In this document: piece by piece, positions 53,536-59,123 of the stretch | Layout of the letters: the number at the start of each line of letters is the position of its first letter | Numbering within the stretch: position 1 is the stretch's first letter | Assembly (NCBI GenBank): GCA_964441495.1 | Contig: CAYTXV010000005.1 | Location: 1-59,123, forward strand | Direction of reading: 5' to 3' | Source: an uncultured Candidatus Saccharibacteria bacterium | GTDB taxonomy: Bacteria; Patescibacteriota; Minisyncoccia; Phycocordibacterales; UBA9973 | Length of the DNA stretch: 59,123 nt | Made by a program: the position numbers and the translations under genes | The notes under the pieces: model-generated | What the model was told of the DNA's origin: nothing | Databases searched by the model: none | What the model saw: the letters and a program-made list of their open reading frames with translations, nothing else

Positions 53536-53570
53536 AAAACACCTCCTGCCTGGGGGTGTTTTATATTTTA
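53536..53570 (+). terminator. Rho-independent terminator
   Basis: aaaacacctcc / tgcct / gggggtgtttt followed by atatttta. Confidence 0.7.
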
Positions 53571-53604
53571 TATTGTATGGTATAATGCTAAAAAATAACC
53601 TCTT

Positions 53605-53730
53605 ATGGAGTTTAAAGTAATAACCGTATTTTTACGATACAAAATTTTTGGAAATGAAGTGATAAACAAACTACTCATTTTCCTCCTCCTTTTTATAGGG
53701 CTTATATGGTCCTGTACTTTGAGTAAATAA
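53605..53730 (+). CDS. Unannotated 41-aa hydrophobic micro-protein (MEFKVITVFLRYKIFGNEVINKLLIFLLLFIGLIWSCTLSK)
   Basis: It is below the ORF-track size cutoff. I read it by hand, from ATG 53605 to TAA 53728-53730. TGgTATAAT lies at 53578-53586 upstream and a hairpin terminator at 53739-53770 downstream. Confidence 0.35.
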   Translation: MEFKVITVFLRYKIFGNEVINKLLIFLLLFIGLIWSCTLSK

Positions 53731-53738
53731 CTACCCAT

Positions 53739-53770
53739 AAGCACCCATAAATGGGTGCTTTATCTTTTCT
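53739..53770 (+). terminator. Terminator hairpin
   Basis: aagcaccca / taaa / tgggtgctt followed by tatcttttct. Confidence 0.6.
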
Positions 53771-53798
53771 TGAGCTCGGTATAGTACACTACAGCAAC

Positions 53799-55466
53799 AT
53801 GAGACAAGCTCAGGCACTCGACATCCTCAAAACAGGCGCGCACGTCTTTCTCACTGGAGAGCCAGGTGCTGGCAAGACACATACCGTCAATGCATATGTG
53901 GCGTACCTCCGTGAGCACGGGATCGAGCCTGCCATCACTGCCTCTACTGGTATCGCCGCGACACATATCCATGGACAGACCATCCACTCGTGGAGCGGGA
54001 TAGGGATCCGTCGGTTTCTTTCTCCGTACGATCTCGAGCAGCTCGCAACGACAGAATATCTTGTCAAACGCATTAGGCGTACAACGACACTGATCATCGA
54101 TGAGGTTTCGATGATCGATGCAACGACACTTGATATGGTCGATGTGGTATGTCAAACGATTCGTGGTTCCACGGAACCGTTTGGTGGGATACAGGTTGTA
54201 CTTGTTGGTGACTTTTTCCAGCTTCCACCTGTTGCGCGTTCTGGTGACGAGGGTAGATTTGCATTTACATCACAGGCGTGGCGTGCGATGCGTCCAGTTG
54301 TCTGTTATCTCACTGAGCAGCATCGTCAACAAGATGAACGGTTTCTCTCGGTACTTGGAGCTATTCGCACAGATACATATGATGAAGCGCATCATGACCA
54401 TCTCGCCAAGTGTTTTATTTCTTCTGATACTAACGAGTCACTCACGATCACGCGTTTGTTCCCACACAATGTTGATGTTGACGAGATCAACAATCGTGAA
54501 CTTGCGAGGCTCGACGGTGTCCCGCAAACATACACGATGACAAGCAAGGGAAGAGAGTCACTTGTCGCTGGACTCAAAAAGGGTTGCCTTTCTCCAGAAG
54601 TACTCGTGCTCAAAGAGGGTGCGATTGTCATGTGTACCAAAAACAATCCACAAAAAGGCTATGTCAACGGCACGCTTGGGACAGTACTCGGATTTGAAGC
54701 CGGGACCAAGTATCCGATCATTGAAACCAGGGATGGACAGCGGATCACCATCGAAGCGGTTGACTGGGTGCTCGAAGAGGACGGTAAACAAAAAGCGTCT
54801 ATTACGCAGATACCACTGCGACTTGCATGGGCGATCACTATCCACAAGAGTCAAGGGATGAGTCTCGATGCTGCGGTGATGGACCTCAGAGAAGTGTTTG
54901 AGTACGGGCAAGGGTATGTTGCACTCTCTCGAGTTCGTTCACTCGAGGGACTCAAACTCCTCGGTATCAACAGGCGAGCAGTTGAGGTGCACCCACAGAT
55001 TCGCGCCCAAGATAGTGCCTTTGTACAACAGTCAGATATAGCAGAGGTTTCATTTGGCGACATCCCCAAAGACGAGCTTCGATCGATGCATGAGCGATTC
55101 ATCCTTGCTTCAGGTGGTGTGGTGACCAAGGCAAAAAAGCAAGTCAAACTAGATACACTTGAACACACGCTCATGCTTGTTCTCCAAGCAAAACCGATTG
55201 CAGTTATTGCCAGAGAGCGTAAACTGACACAAGCAACAGTTTATACGCATATCGAAAAGCTAATTGCACAAGGGCGACTTGCCTACGAAGACATCGCGTA
55301 TCTCATCACAGACAAGATTCGTAAAGGGTATCGCGAGATCAAGCGAGCATTTCAAACAGCAGATACATCCAAGCTTGCACCAATCCATGAACTATACAAG
55401 GGTAGATATACGTTTGACGAGTTACGGATTGCGCGGATGATGATGGTACTTGAGACAAACGAATAA
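53799..55466 (+). CDS. PIF1/RecD-family (TraA-like) ATP-dependent DNA helicase with a C-terminal HTH
   Basis: Walker A GEPGAGKTH, motif II IIDEVSMID, VGDFFQLPPV, AITIHKSQGMS and YVALSRV. The C-terminal HTH-like segment reads ARERKLTQATVYTHIEKLI. The start is the internal ATG of ORF 53751..55466. Confidence 0.85.
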   Translation: MRQAQALDILKTGAHVFLTGEPGAGKTHTVNAYVAYLREHGIEPAITASTGIAATHIHGQTIHSWSGIGIRRFLSPYDLEQLATTEYLVKRIRRTTTLIIDEVSMIDATTLDMVDVVCQTIRGSTEPFGGIQVVLVGDFFQLPPVARSGDEGRFAFTSQAWRAMRPVVCYLTEQHRQQDERFLSVLGAIRTDTYDEAHHDHLAKCFISSDTNESLTITRLFPHNVDVDEINNRELARLDGVPQTYTMTSKGRESLVAGLKKGCLSPEVLVLKEGAIVMCTKNNPQKGYVNGTLGTVLGFEAGTKYPIIETRDGQRITIEAVDWVLEEDGKQKASITQIPLRLAWAITIHKSQGMSLDAAVMDLREVFEYGQGYVALSRVRSLEGLKLLGINRRAVEVHPQIRAQDSAFVQQSDIAEVSFGDIPKDELRSMHERFILASGGVVTKAKKQVKLDTLEHTLMLVLQAKPIAVIARERKLTQATVYTHIEKLIAQGRLAYEDIAYLITDKIRKGYREIKRAFQTADTSKLAPIHELYKGRYTFDELRIARMMMVLETNE

Positions 55467-55484
55467 TCGATTTATACTAACGAC

Positions 55485-55547
55485 ATGGCAAAAGGAAATA
55501 ATTCACGCAAAAAAGAAACCAAAAAACCAAAGAAGGTAGCAAAATAA
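55485..55547 (+). CDS. Unannotated lysine-rich 20-aa micro-protein (MAKGNNSRKKETKKPKKVAK)
   Basis: I read it by hand. A TATACT box at 55473-55478 lies 6 nt upstream of the ATG, and a 14-bp perfect hairpin follows at 55553-55584. Confidence 0.35.
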   Translation: MAKGNNSRKKETKKPKKVAK

Positions 55548-55552
55548 TGTGT

Positions 55553-55584
55553 GCAAATCCCACCACATCCGTGGTGGGATTTGC
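55553..55584 (+). terminator. 14-bp perfect hairpin (terminator-like, no long T-run)
   Basis: gcaaatcccaccac / atcc / gtggtgggatttgc. The 3' arm overlaps the TGC of the next -10 box. Confidence 0.55.
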
Positions 55585-55590
55585 TATACT
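55582..55590 (+). promoter_or_regulatory. Extended -10 box TGCTATACT, 10 nt from ATG 55601
   Basis: Read directly from the sequence. Confidence 0.55.
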
Positions 55591-55600
55591 ATAACTATCT

Positions 55601-57526
55601 ATGGTTCCGTATGATCCTGAACACATCACGTACTTTGCAGAAACTGACGCTCGTGGTCAGCGTGTAAAGTTTGGCATCAAGAGTCGTGATCGTACTCGTC
55701 ATATGTACGTGATCGGTAAAAGCGGTGTTGGTAAATCCACTCTTCTTGAAAACATGGCGATCCAAGACATAGCGCACGGTGAGGGTGTTGCGGTTCTCGA
55801 CCCACACGGAAGCTTCGCTGAAAAGATGCTTGAGTATATCCCGCAAGAGCGCATCAAAGACGTCGTATACTTTGCTCCGTTTGATACCGACAACCCGATC
55901 TCGTTCAATGTGCTCGAAGACGTCGGGCATGACAAACGCCACTTGGTTGCAAGTGGACTCATGTCGTCGTTCAAAAAGATCTGGGTAGATGCGTGGAGTG
56001 CGCGTATGGAGTACATCCTCAACAACATCCTCCTTGCGCTCCTCGAGTACCCCGATGCGACACTCCTTGGAGTCAACCGCATGCTCTCAGACAAGGTGTA
56101 CCGCAACAAAGTTGTGGAGAACCTCACTGATCCTTCAGTCAAATCTTTCTGGACTGACGAGTTTGCAAAGTACGGCGAGCGCTATATGCAAGAAGCCGGT
56201 GCTGCAATCCAAAACAAAATCGGTCAGTTTACTGCCAATCCGCTTGTACGTAACATCATCGGGCAACCCAAGAGTACGTTTGATATCCGCAAAGTGATGG
56301 ATGAGCAAAAGATCCTCATCATCAACCTTTCCAAGGGTCGCATCGGTGAGCAGAACACGTCACTTCTTGGTTCAATGATTATCACCAAGATTTATCTTGG
56401 TGCAATGAGTCGCGCAGAAGTTTCTTCGAGTCGCATGGGAGGACTTGCAAACTTTTATTTCTATGTCGACGAGTTCCAGTCGTTTGCAAACGAAACGTTT
56501 GCAGATATCCTCGCAGAGGCACGCAAGTACCGACTTGCGCTCATCATCGCACACCAGTACGTCGCACAGATGGAAGACAAAGTCCGGGACGCAGTGTTTG
56601 GTAACGTCGGTACAACGATATCATTTCGGGTGGGTCCGCTCGATGCAGAGCTTTTGGAAAAGGTATTTGCGCCACAGTTTAGTGCCAACGATATCATCAA
56701 CCTTGGTATGGCAGAGATCTATCTCACGCTCATGATCAACGATATCGGTTCGCAGCCGTTCTCTGCACGGACGCTGCCGCCGCTTCAACGACCTACGATA
56801 ACCTTTAGAAACGATGCGATTGAATGGTCTCGCAAGGCATATGCCGCACCCAAAGAAGATGTGGAGAAAAATATCCGCGAGTGGTACGCAGATGGTGCTG
56901 ATGAACTCAAGGCGCTTGATGAGCAAGCAAAAAACAAAAAGAAAATCACATTTGCAGACACACCTCGTACAACTGCAACTGCTCCTGCGCAAGGATTTGT
57001 CAAAAAGCCATTTACTCCTCGTGAAAAGTCTGGTGATATCGAGACACACAAGCCGTTTGCAAAGTCATTTACCAAACCGCTCGCTCGACCATTTGCGAAT
57101 ACTCAATCTGAGCAGATAGCTGTCACTGACAAAGAAAGTGTTGTACATACACATGAGGTTACCGTCAAAACCTCCCCAGAACTCAAATCACTCCTTGATG
57201 CGATCGATGGGAGCCCAACAACAGACGTGCGCGTACAAGAACCTCCAAACAAAGAGGCGCCATTTGTCGGAGAGAAACCTCTTCGTGAGACAGTACTTCC
57301 GGTCAAGCACGCAGAGCGAGGTCCTACAGAAAAAAACAAAGATCTCTTGCGTGCAGCACTTCAGCAAGCTATCAAAGACACCTCTAAACCATCCACTACC
57401 TCTACTGAGGCACCACCGGTTGCTACTGGTACAGGAGTTTCTGGTAGTGATATTACACATAAGCAAGTGTCTCCGAATACTGCAGAAATTCTTCCCGAAG
57501 ATCTGCAAAAAGTATTGGAGCAATGA
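55601..57526 (+). CDS. TraD/VirD4/TraG-type (T4SS coupling-protein-like) P-loop ATPase, soluble, with a long disordered C-terminal tail
   Basis: Walker A GKSGVGKST, Walker B-like FYFYVDEFQSF, and EARKYRLALIIAHQYVAQM (TraG-D_C-type motif). There is no N-terminal TM helix. The last 220 aa or so are low-complexity. Confidence 0.75.
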   Translation: MVPYDPEHITYFAETDARGQRVKFGIKSRDRTRHMYVIGKSGVGKSTLLENMAIQDIAHGEGVAVLDPHGSFAEKMLEYIPQERIKDVVYFAPFDTDNPISFNVLEDVGHDKRHLVASGLMSSFKKIWVDAWSARMEYILNNILLALLEYPDATLLGVNRMLSDKVYRNKVVENLTDPSVKSFWTDEFAKYGERYMQEAGAAIQNKIGQFTANPLVRNIIGQPKSTFDIRKVMDEQKILIINLSKGRIGEQNTSLLGSMIITKIYLGAMSRAEVSSSRMGGLANFYFYVDEFQSFANETFADILAEARKYRLALIIAHQYVAQMEDKVRDAVFGNVGTTISFRVGPLDAELLEKVFAPQFSANDIINLGMAEIYLTLMINDIGSQPFSARTLPPLQRPTITFRNDAIEWSRKAYAAPKEDVEKNIREWYADGADELKALDEQAKNKKKITFADTPRTTATAPAQGFVKKPFTPREKSGDIETHKPFAKSFTKPLARPFANTQSEQIAVTDKESVVHTHEVTVKTSPELKSLLDAIDGSPTTDVRVQEPPNKEAPFVGEKPLRETVLPVKHAERGPTEKNKDLLRAALQQAIKDTSKPSTTSTEAPPVATGTGVSGSDITHKQVSPNTAEILPEDLQKVLEQ

Positions 57527-58824
57527 AACAATGGTTCGGGGTAGTTGTTGCGGTGCTGCTGAGCGCATCACGTGTGTATGCTGATGTGCAGATTACTGAA
57601 ATCGCATGGATGGGAACGAGTGCAAGTCAGTACTCAGAATGGTTTGAACTCTACAATGATGCAGCCGAGTCAGTAAACCTTGCAGGATGGAAACTTGTCC
57701 AGGGTGATGGCTCGGTTATATTTACCATGACCAAATCAATCGGTGGAGGAGAGTACCTCCTCGTTGAGCGAACGACCGCATCTGCCCCTGATGCTGTTCC
57801 AGGTATCGATGATGAGTCAGGTCCATTTGGTGCGAGCGGGTTTGCAAACACCGGTGAAGATCTTGTACTCAAAGATGCAAGTGGTACGGCGGTACAAACG
57901 CTCAGCTATGCATCGGGATGGCCTGCAGGGGATGCAAGTACAAAACAAACGATGCAGTGGGACGGAAGTAGTTGGATAACTGCTGATCCGACACCCAAAG
58001 CAGCTACAGACGGTAGTGGTATGTCTTCGAACGAAACTGATGTAGCACAAAAAGACGAAGAAAAAGATCCATACCCGATCCCTCCAACATCTCCCAACAA
58101 ACCGCACATCGAGTTTACGATACCTAAACCGATCTACGTCGGTGTCCCATATGAGTACAAAGCTCGTCCAGTGTTTGAGTACAACTATACGCTTACTGAA
58201 GGGGATTTCACTTGGAACATGGGTGAGGGGACTATCTATACACAGCGCACATATGCCCCACTCATGCATACATATCGGTACCCTGGCACGTACACGATAT
58301 CGTTTCGTTACCGCGATCCAGCCAAATCAGAGATTACACTCGTTGGTTCACAAAAAGTGAGTGTCGTTGCGCCAACGATTGCACTTTCGCTCAAAGATAG
58401 TCGAGCCGTCGAACTCAAAAACACTGCTTCTACTGCGGTTGATATATCAGGGTGGATGCTTCGTGGTGTGGGATACAACATCACGATCCCTGACATGACA
58501 GTACTCGCAGAGCGCGCGACGATCACGATACCGCTTGGAGGATTTGGTGTGTCGTATGCAACGAGCGCATCGTTGGTAGATCCGTCCGGCACTGTCGTTG
58601 CAACAACAGCGCCGGCTATGGTGGCACAGACAACAACCTTGCCAGTTGTACTAGATGATACCGTTGTTCCTGAATACGAAGCGCCGATACCTCGCACAGA
58701 TACTCCGATACGAAAACACACCAAAGTGATTATCTTTGGTGTGATCGCGTTATTTGTTATCGGTTTGTCGATACTCCTCGAGCGGTTTATGGCCCGACAG
58801 GAGTACCAACAGGAGAAGGGGTGA
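57523..58824 (+). CDS. Secreted lamin-tail-domain (LTD) + PKD-like + second LTD-like protein with a C-terminal TM anchor
   Basis: A signal peptide, then LTD (ITEIAWMGT...SEWFELYN...NLAGWKL...GEDLVLKD) and a PKD-like segment (FTWNMGEGT...YRYPGTYTISF). A C-terminal TM helix follows (VIIFGVIALFVIGLSILL). The start overlaps the upstream stop (ATGA). Confidence 0.75.
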   Translation: MKQWFGVVVAVLLSASRVYADVQITEIAWMGTSASQYSEWFELYNDAAESVNLAGWKLVQGDGSVIFTMTKSIGGGEYLLVERTTASAPDAVPGIDDESGPFGASGFANTGEDLVLKDASGTAVQTLSYASGWPAGDASTKQTMQWDGSSWITADPTPKAATDGSGMSSNETDVAQKDEEKDPYPIPPTSPNKPHIEFTIPKPIYVGVPYEYKARPVFEYNYTLTEGDFTWNMGEGTIYTQRTYAPLMHTYRYPGTYTISFRYRDPAKSEITLVGSQKVSVVAPTIALSLKDSRAVELKNTASTAVDISGWMLRGVGYNITIPDMTVLAERATITIPLGGFGVSYATSASLVDPSGTVVATTAPAMVAQTTTLPVVLDDTVVPEYEAPIPRTDTPIRKHTKVIIFGVIALFVIGLSILLERFMARQEYQQEKG

Positions 58825-59123
58825 TGAGGGTTGTATCAGGGGTTGTTGTAGTTGCATCGACGCTTGAAGCGATCGCATCGATCTCTTTTGAGATGATCTT
58901 TACTTCCTGGTCAGCAACTTTTTGGAGTGTACCGTTGAGTGCCTGGAGCGCACCTTCTTTTGCTGCAGTATCGGTTGTAGCGTTTTCGATGAGTACCTTG
59001 CTTTCGTTAAGGGTATCTTCGAGGTTTGCTGTTGCAGTGAGCGCAACGTTTGGCGCAACAGAGTCGAGGTTTACCGAAAGGTCTTTGATGTGTTCATCGA
59101 GCGCTTTTTGTACGGTTGCTTGT
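58787..59123 (-). CDS. 3' part of a minus-strand gene running off the window (coiled-coil/Thr-Pro tail, unknown function)
   Basis: By hand translation the frame is open from the window end to TAA at 58787-58789 (…KEIDAIASSVDATTTTPDTTLITPSPVGTPVGP*). It overlaps the LTD gene 3' end by 38 nt. Confidence 0.35.
   Translation of the reverse strand, partial: QATVQKALDEHIKDLSVNLDSVAPNVALTATANLEDTLNESKVLIENATTDTAAKEGALQALNGTLQKVADQEVKIISKEIDAIASSVDATTTTPDTTLITPSPVGTPVGP

Noticed and set aside
1-59123. CRISPR arrays, rRNA operons, IS elements or transposases, integrases and prophage structural genes.
   Set aside because: I saw no regularly spaced direct repeats and no rRNA-like conserved blocks. I also saw no DDE/tyrosine/serine recombinase motifs and no terminal inverted repeats flanking any block.

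Overview
The window reads as a chromosomal segment from a small-genome bacterium that uses the standard genetic code (TGA is a stop). The gene content looks Patescibacteria/CPR-like: a minimal IF-2, FN3-rich surface proteins and VirB2/TrbC-like pilin modules. This taxonomic placement is an inference. Most of the window is housekeeping: secA, dnaE, rnhB, uppP, rsmE, pyk, hpf, fmt, def, hisS, lepB, pth, rpsA, gyrA, infB, rbfA, clpB, rlmB, gltX and six tRNAs. Small, visibly AT-richer cassettes encoding secreted or lipoproteins sit between these genes. Six things stand out. (1) A tandem array of five genes shares a VirB2/TrbC-like two-helix pilin module (33.3-37.0 kb); three of them carry FN3-like ectodomains, an orphan solute-binding protein lies upstream, and no T4SS machinery is nearby. 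(2) A helicase, a micro-ORF, a soluble TraD/VirD4-like ATPase and a lamin-tail/PKD surface protein form one cluster (53.8-58.8 kb). (3) A 1097-aa multidomain surface esterase carries a peptidoglycan-binding domain. (4) An autonomous SPFH operon has its own promoter and terminators. (5) A Fur-family/ZIP/YibE-F metal locus has a perfect palindromic operator. (6) TGnTATACT -10 boxes sit 6-10 nt from start codons throughout the window, which implies leaderless mRNAs; accessory secreted-protein genes instead use full -35/-10 promoters with leaders. Three unannotated micro-ORFs have their own promoters and terminators. I saw no CRISPR arrays, rRNA genes, transposases or integrases. All function calls rest on motif recognition by eye, with no database search.
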